A stretch of DNA of 64,000 bases, taken from Anaeramoeba ignava BMAN. Taxonomy: Eukaryota; Protista; Anaeramoebae. The stretch lies in assembly GCA_028826165.1 (NCBI GenBank), contig JAPDFW010000124.1, positions 62,001-126,000 on the forward strand, read 5' to 3'. The translations under genes and the position numbers were made by a program. Each line of letters opens with the position of its first letter. Positions within the stretch are counted from its first letter, which is position 1. This document shows positions 12,067 through 26,764 of this stretch, piece after piece. Under the pieces are notes generated by a model. It was given only the letters and a program-made list of their open reading frames with translations. It ran no database searches and was not told the DNA's origin.

Positions 12067-15000
12067 TCAAAGATTCAAACTATTCATTAATCTATTGCAA
12101 ATTGCTTGAAATATCCAAAAATCACCAGAAATCCTTTTAAATTTGACAACTCTATATTGTTCCAATAAAGAAACATGACCAACTTCAACATCGAATTCAA
12201 TCTCATTAAATTCACATCTTAAAACATATTTTCCAGTTTTTTGGAATTTAACTTTTAATTTTTTAATTTCTTTTTTACATAAAGAAATAATTTTTTTTGG
12301 TGACTTTTTCGAAGTTGTTGAAACAGAAAAAGGCCCGCTTATCATCCGTGTAAGGTCTTGCTTGGGATCTTCAATCGGTGATAATGTCCTGATTATTTTT
12401 ATGTTTTCAGGTGTGTTTTCTTCTCTCGAGGGAGTTTGTATTTCTGTTGTTGCTCTGGGTCGATTTTTGGGAGTAAAATTTTTTTCACCAGAACTTTCCG
12501 ATTTCATTTGGCTTATGAATTTATCTGTTGTAATGGATCTTGGTCTGAACGATTCATTCTCAATAAATATTTTCGGGAGATCAATTATTTCTGTTGTATT
12601 TTTTGCTGGATTTTCGAATAAAGGTTCAAGTACTTTTGGATTGCCTCGCTTGCGCATTTTGATCGGAGACACTGGCATCTGGTGGTTCGCTTTGGATCCG
12701 TTTGTGTTTATTTTGGAGACAAGCTTTTTTTTGTCCGATGGGTTTTTTGTTAGTTGTTCAAAATTATCTCCTTTGTTTATATTAATTAATCGCAAAAAAT
12801 CATCATCTTTTTGTTTTGTTTTTTCCTTTTTTTCTTTTTCCTTTTTTTCTTTGCGCGCTTTTCTCCATTTCGCAAATCCTTTTAATTCGCGTGATTTCTG
12901 GTTCTTGTGGAGAATTTCAATTTCGATTAGATTACTTTTTGAGTCTTGAAGAAGAAAATAAGTTGCGGTTATTGAGTTGAATTTTTTTGATTTGAGTGAC
13001 TCAATAATTGATTCTGAGGAGATATTCCAGTTATTCATTTTATGGATAATTTCGAAATCAATTTCATCTTGGGAGGAATTATTAATTTCGGGTAAAGGAG
13101 TTTGTGTAAAGGATTCCATATTGACCCATTTGTGTTTCTTGATCTCTTCCATTGTGAGTCTTTTATCCACATTTTTTTCAAGTATTCTCTTTATCAAGTC
13201 TTGAGCCTCTGATGAAACGTTTGTTGGTATTTTGTATTCTCCTGCAACAATCTTGCGACAAATTTCTTTTGGGGATTCTCCTAGAAATGGAAGTTTCCCA
13301 CAAAGAAGGCAATAAAGAACAACTCCTATCGACCAAATATCAACTTTGGATCCTGAATATTGTTGTCCCATAATCAGTTCTGGTGCAGAATATGATGGTG
13401 ATCCGCAGTAGGTTTTGCATAGATTTGGTGGTGAGAGAAAATTTGCAAATCCAAAATCAATTATTTTTAGATTTCCATTTCGATCTAGTAGTAAATTTTC
13501 TGGTTTGATATCTCTGTGTGCTATGTTTAGATTGTGGCAATATTCCACACCTTTTTATATTTTTAAATTTATATTTTTTGATTTATATTTTTTGATTTTA
13601 TTTATATTTGATTTATATTTTTTGATTAATATTTGATTAATATTTGATATTTGATTAATATTTGATTTATATTTGATTTATATTTAATTTATATTTGATT
13701 AATATTTGATTTATATTTAATTAATATTTGATTAATATTTGATTTATATTTAATTTATATTTGATTTATATTTAATTTATATTTAATTTATATTTAATTT
13801 ATATTTAATTAATATTTAATTTATATTTGATTTATATTTGATTTATATTTGATTTATATTTAATTTATATTTAATTTATATTTAATTTATATTTAATTTA
13901 TATTTAATTTATATTTGATTTATATTTGATTTATATTTTATATTTAATTAATATTTGATTTATATTTAATTTATATTTGATTAATATTTAATTAATATTT
14001 GATTTATATTTAATTTATATTTGATTTATATTTTATATTTGATTAATATTTAATTAATATTTGATTTATATTTAATTTATATTTGATTTATATTTGATTT
14101 ATATTTGATTTATATTTGATTTATATTTGATTTATATTTGATTTTATATTTGATTTATATTTGATTTATATTTGATTTTAATTAATATTTGATTTATATT
14201 TAATTTAAATTTAATTTATATTTGATTTATATTTAATTTATATTTGATTTATATTTGGGTTAATATTTAATTTATATTTGATTTATATTTGATTTATATT
14301 TAATTTATATTTGATTTATATTTGATTTTATATTTGATTTATATTTAATTTATATTTAATTTATATTTAATTTATATTTGATTTATATTTGATTTATATT
14401 TGATTTAAAATTTGATTAATATTTAATTAATATTTGATTTAAATTTGATTTATATTTAATATTTGATTTATATTTGATTAATATTTGATTAATTTACTAT
14501 TTAATTTATATTTATATTTATATTTATATTTATATTTATATTTGATTTATATTTAATTTATATTTAATTTATATTTGATTTATATTTGATTTATATTTAA
14601 TTTATATTTGATTTATATTTGATTTATATTTGATTTTATATTTAATTAATATTTGATTTATATTTAATTAATATTTAATTTATATTTGATTAGCGTATTT
14701 AATTTATATTTGATTTATATTTAATTTATATTTAATTTATATTTGATTTATATTTGATTTATTTATATTTATATTTGATTTAAATTTGATTTATATTTGA
14801 TTTATATTTAATTTATATTTAATTAATATTTAATTAATATTTAATTTATATTTGATTTATATTTGATTTAAATTTGATTTATATTTAATTTATATTTGAT
14901 TAATATTTGATTTATATTTGATTTATATTTGATTTATATTTGATTTATATTTAATTTATATTTGATTTATATTTGATTTATATTTATTTATATTTGATTT

Positions 15001-16542
15001 TATATTTTATATTTAATTTATATTTGATTTATATTTAATTTATATTTAATTTATATTTGATTAATATTTGATTTATATTTGATTTATATTTAATTTATAT
15101 TTGATTAATATTTGATTAATATTTGATTTAATATTTGATTTATATTTATATTTGATTTATATTTGATTTATATTTGATTTATATTTATATTTTTTATATT
15201 TGATTTATATTTGATTTAATTTATTTATATTTGATTTATATTTAATTTATATTTATATTTATATTTGATTTATATTTTATATTATATTTATTTTTATATT
15301 TATATTTATATTTGATTTATATTTGATTTAAATTTATATTTTTGATTTATATTTAATTAATATTTGATTAATATTTGATTTATATTTAATTAATATTTGA
15401 TTAATATTTGATTTAATATTTGATTAATATTTGATTAATATTTAATTTATATTTAATTTATATTTGATTTATATTTGATTTATATTTGATTAATATTTGA
15501 TTAATATTTATATTTGATTATATATTTAATTTATATTTATTTATATTTATATTTAATTTATATTTGATTTATATTTGATTTATATTTTATTTATATTTTT
15601 ATATTTTTTAATATTTGATTTATATTTGTTAATTTGATTAATATTTGATTAATATTTGATTAATATTTGATTAATATTTGATTTATATTTGATTAATATT
15701 TAATTAATATTTGATTTATATTTAATTTATATTTAAATTTATTTATATTTAATTTATATTTAATTTATATTTATATTTATATTTAATTTATATTTGATTT
15801 ATATTTAATTTATATTTGATTTATATTTAAAATTCAATCTAAAAAAATAATAATTTACCTTCCAAAATTTGTTTAAAAAATTTCCTTGCTTGATCTTCTT
15901 GTAGTTTTCCTCTTCCCAAAATATAATCAAAAAGTTCACCACCACAAGCATATTCTAAAACAAAAAATAAACGGTGTTTTGTTTCAAGAACTTCATAAAG
16001 TCTAATTATATGAGGATGTCTTAAAGTTTTTAACATAAAAAATTCTCTTTCTAATCTAGTTTTAGATTCTGGATCCAATTCAGCTTTCTTTTTATCAATT
16101 ATTTTTATAGCAACCTTTTATTTAAATTTAATTTATTTTTAATTTTATTTTATATTAATTTTTTTGACAATTCCAATATTTTTTTTTTTTAATTTTAATT
16201 TTAATTTATTTTTTTTGTCAGTTAAAAAAAAATCCAATAAATGAAAGGAAAAAAATAAAACAAATTTTAAAAAGAAAAATTAAGCAAATAAATAAGAAAT
16301 AATAAATAAAACAAATTAAGAAAATAAAAAGAAATTTTTAATTAAAAATAAAAAAATTTTTTTTTTATTCTTTTTCGAAAATTTTTTTTATTGATTTTTT
16401 AACTGAAATTCCTTTTATTTTTTATTTATTTTCTTACTTTGGATTTTGTTAAAGAATGTTCTGCTAATTTAACTTTACTAAAACTTCCTCTTCCAATTGT
16501 TTTAATAAAATTATAGTTTCCAATAGATTCTTTTTTATTCAT
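12067..16542 (-). CDS. MARK: MARK/PAR-1/Kin1-type (AMPK-related) Ser/Thr kinase with UBA and KA1 domains, 3 exons, ~614 aa
   Basis: Exons 16542-16438, 16114-15859, 13550-12067. Motifs IGRGSFSKVK, VAIK, HRDIKPEN, DFG, TYCGSPSYSAPE; UBA-like FNSITATYFLL; KA1 C-terminus VKFKRISGDFWIFQAICNRLMNSLNL. Confidence 0.92.
13560..15835. repeat. 11-bp satellite TT[T/A]ATATTT[G/A]A filling kinase intron 2 (intron 13551-15858, 2308 nt)
   Basis: Direct reading; about 200 degenerate units. Confidence 0.97.
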
Positions 16543-17225
16543 GATCTTTAAATATAAAAGAAAAAAAGAAAAATAAAGAAAAAAATGAATAAAAATTTTT
16601 TTTTTTTTTTTTCAATTAAAATTTTTTTAATTATTTTTAATTATTTAAATTTAAATTTTTTTTTTTATTTTGGGGTGATTTTTTTAAATTAAAAATAATT
16701 TTTTTTTCTTTTTTAAAATGTTTTCTTTTTATTTATTAGAATTTTGTTCTTCTTTTTTAAATTAAATTTCTAATTAAATTTTTTTAATTTAATTTTCTTT
16801 TTAACTTTTTGGATCTTTAAAACGGATCAAAATCAACTCAAATTAATTACAAAAAAAATTAAATTTTTAATTCAATAAAAATAAAAATTAAAATTTGAAC
16901 CATTTATAAAACTTTAATTTTAAAAAAATTTTTAATTTCAATTTGATTAAAAAGAAAAAAAAATTAACCCCTTTTTTAAAAAAAAATTTTTTTTTCTTTT
17001 TTTAATTTTAAATTTTTTTAAATAATAAAATCACAATAAGAAAATCAAAAAGCAAAATTCTTTTTCTTTTTCTTTTTCTTTTTCTTTTTCTTTTTTAATT
17101 AAGATTAAATTTAAAAAAATTTTAATCAAAACAAGAAAAAAGGTTTTATTTTTTGTTTTTTGTTTTTTGTTTTTATTTTCTTATTCAAAAAAAAAAATAT
17201 AAAATTGTTTTTTGTTTTTTTAATC

Positions 17226-20200
17226 TTAATTTAAAACTTCATTCTCAATAATCTTACAAATTCTTGTTAATAAACCATAACCAATAGGAATATCATTAAT
17301 AATTTTAAACAAATCTCGACAATTAAATTGAGAAATTTGAAGAGAACGAATAGAAGAAAAAGGATAACCATTAGAAATAACAAAAGAAACTGTAATTCTT
17401 TTTTGAGTTAAAAATGAAGAAAAAGCAAATTCAACACAACCTTTAGAATCAGTTGAAAAAACTGGAAATCTTTTTTCTAAATCTTCAATTTCATGAAGAA
17501 GATCCGTTAAACGTCCTAATATTGTTGTTAATTGTTGGATTTGATAAGGTAAACTTTCAAGATCTTGGATTGATTCAAGAATTTTGGAAACTGATGACAT
17601 TACAAGATGAACCAAAAATTCTTCGTGTTTTGATTTGTAATCCATAGAAAATTCTTGCACGATTAATCTTGATTTTTCTTCTTGTTTGATTGCCATTTTC
17701 AGATTGAAAATATTGAAAAATGTAAGTGAAATCAAGTTGTTTGTGAATCGATTAATGCTTAAATTACTTAAACTGGAAATTTTTTGATGAATCATCTGGT
17801 TTTGAATTGCTTCACTTTCTATTTTTTCAATCTGTTTTTTGTGAGAATCAATAACAGATGTTTTTGCTTGTCGGTCATTAAATTTTTCATCTCTTTTCGC
17901 TATCATTTCTTGTCGGTATTCAAGAATTTTTTGGAAATTTTCATCTATTTGTGTCTTTTTTTGGGTTAATTTTTCAATTTTTGTTTGCAAATGCTCTTTT
18001 TGTTGCAAAAGTATTTGATTCGAACTCAATTCAATTTGTAATTTTTGGAAATTGTTCTGAAGGAATTGATCCCATTTTTGTAATTGGAAATAATCATTCG
18101 AAATTTGTGATATCAACTTGTTAAATTTATTGGATAATTTCTGGAGGTTTTGGTTCTGTCGATTTAAAAAGTCTTTTTTATACTTGGATTCACAATTTTG
18201 TTTAAGTTTTTGTATTTGGGTTTTAAATTGATTAAATTCTTTTTTTGATTTACAGTTCAAAATTTGATTGACAAGTAAAGGTTGGTTTGCAACAATTTGT
18301 GATTCTAATTCAGAACTAAATTTCTGGGCTTTTGTTGTGATTTTTTTAAGTGTTTCACATTCAGATTCCATTGTTTCAACTTCCATTCTTGTGATAAATT
18401 GTTCTTTGATTTTGTCAGAGAATGTTTGAATAGATTTATTATATAAATCACCGACTCCAATTGAATTTGAACGTTTCATATTTGCCATTTGATCCATAAA
18501 ATGGATATCCAAAGAATCCAAAAAGTTAATCATTTCAAATTCATGTTCTTGGTTTTCTTCATTTTCAATTTGATTTTCAATTTTGATTTTCAATTTGATT
18601 TTCATTTTCATTTTCAATTTCAATTTCATTTTCATTTTCATTTTCATTTTCATTTTCATTTATTAAATAAGAAGTTCCTTGAAAATTATGAATTGTAAGA
18701 TCTTGAGGAGTTAAATTTCGTGAAAAGTTCATTGAGAAAAAATCATTAGTCTGAATTTGATTCAAAACGGAAGAGTTACTATTTTCAATTTTGGAAATGA
18801 AATTATCTTCCACTTCATCAATTATTTGATTATCATTAACTTCTATTGTATCATCTATATTTTCATTATTTAAAATATTTTCTTGATTTGAATGAATTGT
18901 CAAATCTTGAGGAATTTCCAATAAATTTGAATTGTTTGAATTTGTATTATTTTTTGGAAATAAAGATGGTTGTGCATTTGTATTTGTTGTATCTATTGAG
19001 GAAATTGTTGAATCAAATTCTTTTGTATTTTTTTCATTTTGGAAAAGTTGTGGCTTTTCTTTTGTATTTTGAGGATCAATAAAAATAGAAACTCTTTTGT
19101 GTTGATTTTCATTATTTTGGATATTTTGAATTAAATTTTCTTTATTTTCTTGAATTGAATTTTCTTTATTTTCTCGAATTAAATTTTCTTTATTTTCATG
19201 AATTAAATTTTCATCAATTAAATTTTCATCATTTAAATTTTCATCATTTTCATTTAAATTTTCATCATTTAAATTTTCATCAAAATCAATATCTGAATCA
19301 TCTGAATCATCATCTAAATCATCTTCATCTTCAAGAATTTGTGATAGTGATTGTATTTCACCTGTATGTTCTTGATTTGAATTTTCTTTTTCTTCTTGTG
19401 ATTTTTGTTGAATAACTCGAATGATTTTTCCAACATTTTTTGTCATTTCCATTTCTTCCTCTAAATCATTTTCTGAATCAAAATTATCATTTTCATTATT
19501 AATATTTTTATGAATTTCATTTTTATGAATTTGTTTTGAATTTAAATCTTGATTTTCTGAAAAAGAATCACTGAAAATTTGGAAAGGAACATTTAAAGAA
19601 TATGAATTTTGGATTTGAATTTGATTTTTTTTATCATCAAAATGATTAGATTGTCCAAAAATTTGTTCAGAATTTTCGATAATATTACGAAAACGTGAAA
19701 CAATAGGTTGATCCACAACCATATCATCATTTTCATCATCTTTCAATTCATTTTCAATTTCATCATCTTTTAATTGATTTAATTCATTTTCAATTTCATT
19801 AATTTCATCATTTTCATCAATTTCATCATTTTCATAAATTTGTTCTTTTAATTGATTTAATTCATTTTCATCAATTTCAATTTTATCAATTTCATCCAAA
19901 AAATTGATTTCTTTAATATCACTATCAGAATCATCTTCTCCAAGAAATTGTTTAGAAAGTGATGGTGGAGTTGAAATTGAAAGATTGCTATCAAGTGATA
20001 TTCTGTTTGTTTCTTGTGTTGGTGAATTTTCAAAGTCTGGTTTTTGTCCTAAGACTTGTGTTATCTTTTTTGTCATTTCGTAATTTGAATCTTCACTATC
20101 GCTATCAGAACTTAAGTTTGTATTCGAATAATTTAGTGTTGGTGATGGTGGATTCCAATCTTCTTTGTTGATTTGAAATAATCGAATATCTGGTACAGAT

Positions 20201-23200
20201 GCAAATGAAACTCTTTTTTTTGCTGATGTGTTTACTCTTTTTATGCTAGGTTGTGCTGATTTTTGCTATTAAAATGAAAGATATAAATTTGATTTATATT
20301 TGATTTATATTTGATTAATATTTGATTTATATTTGATTTATATTTGATTTATATTTAATATTTGATTTATATTTTATTAATATTTGATTTATATTTAATT
20401 TATATTTGATTTATATTTAATTAATATTTGATTTATATTTATATTTGATTTATATTTAATTTATATTTGATTTATATTTAATTTATATTTAATTTATATT
20501 TGATTAATATTTGATTTATATTTAATATTTTATTAATATTTAATTTATATTTAATTTATATTTGATTTATATTTGATTAATATTTGATTAATATTTGATT
20601 AATATTTGATTTATATTTGATTTATATTTGATTTATATTTGATTTATATTTTAATTAATATTTGATTTATATTTGATTTATATTTAATTTATATTTAATT
20701 AATATTTGATTTATATTTAATTAATATTTGATTTATATTTTTATTTATATTTTATTTATATTTGATTAATATTTGATTTATATTTAATTTATATTTAATT
20801 TATATTTAATTTATATTTAATTTATATTTGATTTATATTTAATTTATATTTGATTTATATTTTAATTTATATTTGATTTATATTTGATTTATATTTGATT
20901 TATATTTGATTTATATTTAATTAATATTTGATTTTATATTTAATTTATATTTGATTTATATTTAATTTATATTTGATTTATATTTGATTTATATTTGATT
21001 TATATTTGATTAATATTTGATTTATATTTAATATTTGATTAATATTTAATTTGTATTTGATTTATATTTAATTAATATTTAATTTATATTTAATATTTAA
21101 TTTATATTTGATTAATATTTGATTTATATTTAATTTATATTTAATTTATATTTAATTTATATTTGATTTATATTTAATTTATATTTAATTTATATTTAAT
21201 TTATATTTGATTTATATTTGATTTATATTTGATTTATATTTGATTTATATTTGATTTATATTTGATTTATATTTGATTTATATTTGATTTATATTTAATT
21301 TATATTTGATTTATATTTTATATTTGATTTATATTTGATTTATATTTAATATTTAATTTATATTTGATTAATATTTGATTTATATTTGATTTATATTTTT
21401 ATATTTGATTTATAATTGATTTATATTTGATTTATATTGATTAATATTTAATTTATATTTATATTTAATTTATATTTGATTTTATATTTGATTTATATTT
21501 AATTTATATTTGATTTAAATTTGATTTATATTTGATTAATATTTGATTAATATTTGATTTATATTTGATTTATATTTAATTTATATTGATTAATATTTAA
21601 TTTATATTTGATTTATATTTAATTTATATTTAATTTATATTTGATTTATATTTGATTTATATTTAATTTATATTTATATTTGATTAATATTTGATTTATA
21701 TTTGATTAATATTTGATTTATATTTAATATTTGATTTATATTTGATTTATATTTAATTTATATTTAATTTATATTTGATTTATATTTAATTTATATTTAA
21801 TTAATATTTGATTTATATTTGATTTATATTTGATTTATATTTGATTAATATTTGATTTATATTTAATTTATATTTGATTTATATTTGATTAATATTTGAT
21901 TTATATTTAATTAATATTTGATTTAAATTTGATTTATATTTAATTTATATTTAATTTATATTTAATTTATATTTAATTTATATTTGATTAATATTTGATT
22001 TATATTTAATTTATATTTGATTTATATTTGATTTATATTTGATTTATATTTAATTTATATTTAATTTATATTTAATTTATATTTGATTAATATTTAATTT
22101 ATATTTGATTTATATTTAATTAATATTTGATTTAAATTTGATTTATATTTAATTTATATTTGATTTATATTTAATTTATATTTAATTTATATTTAATTTA
22201 TATTTGATTTATATTTAATTTATATTTAATTTATATTTGATTTATATTTAATTTATATTTGATTTAAATTTGATTTATATTTGATTAATATTTGATTAAT
22301 ATTTGATTTATATTTGATTTATATTTAATTAATATTTGATTTAAATTTAATTTATATTTAATTTATATTTAATTTATATTTAATTTATATTTAATTTATA
22401 TTTGATTTATATTTAATATTTGATTTATATTTAATTTATATTTAATTTATATTTGATTAATATTTAATTTATATTTAATTTATATTTGATTAATATTTAA
22501 TTAATATTTAATTTATATTTAATTTATATTTGATTAATATTTAATTAATATTTAATTTATATTTGATTTATATTTGATTTATATTTAATTAATATTTGAT
22601 CTATATTTAATTTATATTTAATTTATATTTAATTTATATTTAATTTATATTTAATTTATATTTGATTAATATTTAATTTATATTTGATTTATATTTAATT
22701 AATATTTGATTTAAATTTGATTTATATTTAATTTATATTTGATTTATATTTAATTTATATTTGATTTATATTTAATTTATATTTGATTTATATTTAATTT
22801 ATATTTAATTTATATTTATATTTGATTTATATTTAATTTATATTTGATTTAAATTTGATTTATATTTGATTAATATTTGATTAATATTTGATTTATATTT
22901 GATTTATATTTAATTAATATTTGATTTATATTTAATTTATATTTGATTTATATTTAATATTTGATTTATATTTGATTTATATTTAATTTATATTTGATTT
23001 AAATTTGATTTATATTTGATTTATATTTGATTTATATTTAATTTATATTTGATTAATATTTAATTTATATTTGATTTATATTTAATTAATATTTGATTTA
23101 TATTTAATTTATATTTGATTAATATTTGATTTATATTTGATTTATATTTTATTTATATTTGATTTTATATTTAATATTTGATTTATATTTGATTAATATT

Positions 23201-24033
23201 TGATTAATATTTGATTTATATTTGATTTATATTTGATTTGTATTTGATTTATATTTGATTTATATTTGATTAATATTTGATTTATATTTAATTTATATTT
23301 AATTTATATTTAATTTATATTTGATTTATATTTGATTTATATTTGATTTATATTTGATTAATATTTAATTTATATTTAATTAATATTTGATTTATATTTG
23401 ATTAATATTTAATTTATATTTGATTAATATTTGATTAATATTTGATTTATATTTGATTAATATTTGATTTATATTTGATTAATATTTGATTTATATTTGA
23501 TTTATATTTTATTTATATTTGATTTATATTTAATTTAAATTTGATTAATATTTAATTTATATTTAATTTATATTTGATTTATATTTGATTTATATTTGAT
23601 TTATATTTGATTTATATTTGATTTATATTTAATTGATATTTGATTAATATTTAATTTATATTTGATTTATATTTAATATTTGATTTATATTTAATTAATA
23701 TTTAATTTATATTTGATTTATATTTGATTAATATTTGATTAATATTTGATTAATATTTGATTTATATTTGATTTATATTGATTAATATTTAATTTATATT
23801 GATTAATATTTAATTTATATTTGATTTATATTTGATTTATATTTGATTAATATTTGATTTATAATTTATATTTGATTTAAATTATTTACAGGAATTCGAG
23901 TGAAATTTGTTCTTTTTCGAAGAATTGAAGGAGATTTAAAAGGAGTTGGTTTTCTATCTTGTATTTTACGTAATTTTTGAGATGAATTTAAAATTAAAGT
24001 AGAATTTTCGTTTTGAAAATGTTTTTTTTGCAT
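17226..24033 (-). CDS. KNL1: Kinetochore scaffold KNL1/Spc105/Spc7, 2 exons, ~1060 aa (one +1 frameshift at ~18582)
   Basis: Exon 1 (24033-23890) has SILK-like PSILRKR. Exon 2 (from 20265) has KKRVSFASVPDIRLF, MELT-like YEMTK, MEMTK and QDLT x2, Spc7-like MINFLDSLDIHFMD, a coiled coil and an RWD-like C-terminus (ISNGYPFS). Confidence 0.9.
20280..23880. repeat. 11-bp satellite TT[T/A]ATATTT[G/A]A filling the KNL1 intron (20266-23889, 3624 nt)
   Basis: Same unit and orientation as the kinase intron array; more than 300 units. Confidence 0.97.
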
Positions 24034-24262
24034 TATTAATTTAAGAAATAAAATAAAAATAATAGAAATAAAAAAGGAAAAAAGAAAAATAATAAAATTT
24101 TTTTCAACGATAACTTTTTTTATATTTAATTTTTTTTTAAAAATAAAAATAAAAATTTAAATCGGAAAAAAAACCGTTAAAATAAAAATAAAAAAAAATA
24201 AAAATAATTTTTTCAAATAATTAATAATTTAAAAAATTTTAAATAAAAAAAATTTTTTTTTC

Positions 24263-24295
24263 TTTTTCATTTTTTTCATTTTTTCATTTTTTTTT
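24263..24295 (+). promoter_or_regulatory. Tandem TCATT initiator-like element upstream of IFRD
   Basis: TTTTTCATTTTTTTCATTTTTTCATTTT; the same motif occurs strand-specifically upstream of most genes in the window. Confidence 0.6.
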
Positions 24296-24450
24296 AAAAA
24301 ATAATTCAAAATTAAACTTAAAAACCATTTTAAAAATAATTTTATAAAAAATTTCAAAATAATTTTTTTGAAATCACAAAGAAAACTTCAAACAAAAAAT
24401 TTATAAAAATAAAAAATAAAAAAAAAATTTCTTTTTGAAAATAAAAAAAA

Positions 24451-26544
24451 ATGTCAAAAAATTCAAGAAGTTCAATAAGAAAAAATCAACATAAAACATC
24501 AAAAGTATCCAAAAAAATAAGTAGTGATGAAGAAATAGAAGAACAAAAAGAAAATGAATTAAATTCTTATATTGAATTATTAAGTGAATCTAATTATAAA
24601 TCAAGACAAAAAGGATATTCAAATTTAATTAATTATTTAAAATCAAATTATGATGAAGAATTTAATGATTTTAAAGAAACTGTTACTTCTTCTTTAGTTA
24701 AAAGTATTAAAAAAGGAAAAAATTCTGAACAAATTCAAGTTTTTCAAGTTTTATCTTTATTTGCTTTAAATGATCCTTCAAGTGCTTTTAATTTATTTCA
24801 AATTTTTAAACCTGTTATCCTTAAACTTCTTCAAGATAATCGTTATTCTTCCGTTTCTGCAGCTGTAGGTTATTTATTTATTTATTAATTTTAAAATGAA
24901 TTTTAATTTTAATTTTAATTTTAATTTTTAATTTTAATTTTAATTTTAATTTTAATTTTAATTTTAATTTTATAAATGAATTTTAATTTTAATTTTAATT
25001 TTAATTTTAATTTTATAAATGAATTTTAATTTTAATTTTAATTTTAATTTTATAAATGAATTTTAATTTTAATTTTAATTTTAATTTTAATTTTAATTTT
25101 AATTTTAATTTTAATATTAATTTTTTAATTTTAATTTTATAAATGAATTTTAATTTTAATTTTAATTTTAATTTTATAAATGAATTTTAATTTTAATTTT
25201 AATTTTAATTTTAATTTTAATTTCAAAATGAATTTTAATTTTAATTTTATAAATGAATTTTTAATTTTAATTTTAATTTTAATTTTATAAATGAATTTTA
25301 ATTTTAATTTTAATTTTAATTTTAATTTTAATTTTAATTTTAATTTTAATTTTAATTTTAATTTTAATTTTAATTTTAATTTTAATTTTAATTTTAATTT
25401 TAATTTTAATTTTATAAATGAATTTTAATTTTAATTTTAATTTTAATTTTATAAATGAATTTTAATTTTAATTTTAATTTTAATTTTAATTTTAATTTTA
25501 ATATTAATATTAATTTTAATTTTGATTTTAATTTTAATTTTAATTTTTTAATTTTAATTTTAAAAGGCAGTCGAAGCTTTATCAATCTTATCATTCATAC
25601 TTTGTTATACTGAACATATGCATTTATCCAAAGAAATCATTACAAATTACTTAGATTATCTTGACCAAACAAAAATATATCAACGTTCAAATCAATCAGA
25701 ATTAACAAGAAACATTTTTATTGGAATTTCTTTAATATTATCAATACTTCCTCAAAATTCAATATTTGATCCATATATAATAACAGAAATCACAAAAAAT
25801 TCAAATGAAAATTCAAACGAAAAACCAAATGAAAAATCAATTGAAAATTCAAATGAAAAAGAAGTTGAAAAAAATTCAAATGAAAAAGAAGTTGAGAAAA
25901 ATTCAAATTATTTCCAAGAAAATCATCAAGATAATTTAAGCACAATTGATTCAGCAGATCCCAACAAAAACGAACCAAAATTTTTTGATTATTATATGAA
26001 AATTCTTATTCAAGCACTTGATTCTCAAAATTTAGAAGTTCAAAAATCAGTAGGAAATAATATAGCATTATTATTTTATATTAAGGATAATTATGAAGAA
26101 AATCACAATACAATTTTAAATATTGAAACTAATACAACAGAAGTGGAGAATAAAATTGAACAATATATTAAAATATACGATAAAAAAGAATCAAAAGAAT
26201 ATCGAAATGAACGTAAAAAATATATGAAAACAATTTTGAGATCAATTACAGAAGAAGAATATCCTCAAGAAATGATCAAAATCAAAATGAATAAGATTTC
26301 AATCCAAGACTGGCCAATGACTATTCAATACCAAGTTTTTTCTCGTTGTTTTGCTGGTGGTTTGCAGTTTCAATTTGAATCAAATCCTTTTTTTTCTCAA
26401 GTTTTTGATTATCAACTCACTAAAGTTCGTTATCTTGAAAAAAAACAAGAGAAAAAAGATTTTGTTGAAAAACAAAAGCAAATTAAACAGAAAAGAGGAA
26501 AAGATCGAGATAATAAATTGAGAAGAATGCAAAATGATTTCTAA
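24451..26544 (+). CDS. IFRD: IFRD (interferon-related developmental regulator) family protein, 2 exons, ~463 aa
   Basis: Exons 24451-24864 and 25567-26544 join in frame. Motifs SLVKSIKKG, VGNNIALLF, ERKKYMKTILRSI, DWPMTIQYQVFSRCFAGGLQFQFESNPFFSQVF and basic tail KRGKDRDNK. Confidence 0.85.
24890..25560. repeat. (TTTTAA)n with interspersed TATAAATGAA units in the IFRD intron
   Basis: Direct reading; the same composite occurs at 28715-29025 and 47310-48015. Confidence 0.95.
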
Positions 26545-26764
26545 ATTCAATTAAAAAATTTCAATTCAATTCAATTCAATTCAATTTAAAAAATTTAAAA
26601 AAGAATTCTTTTTTTTTTCTTCATCTTTGTTTGAAATAGAACTTTTAAAAAAAAATAAAGAAGTTTTAGAAATTAATTTTAATTTTAATTTTAATTTTAA
26701 TTTTAATTTTAATTGAATTTTAATTTTAATTGAATTTTAAATTGATTTTAAATTGATTTTGATT

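Noticed and set aside
11957-12070. 38-aa hydrophobic N-terminal extension (signal-peptide-like) on RCC1 copy A in the ORF track
   Set aside because: It starts at a non-ATG codon overlapping the kinase stop and translates the T-rich promoter; paralogues start at the ATG equivalent to 11956.
12362-13636. Antisense ORFs over the kinase (and similar ones over KNL1, Mad3, ankyrin and CH-PH genes)
   Set aside because: Shadow frames of real genes with no recognisable motifs.
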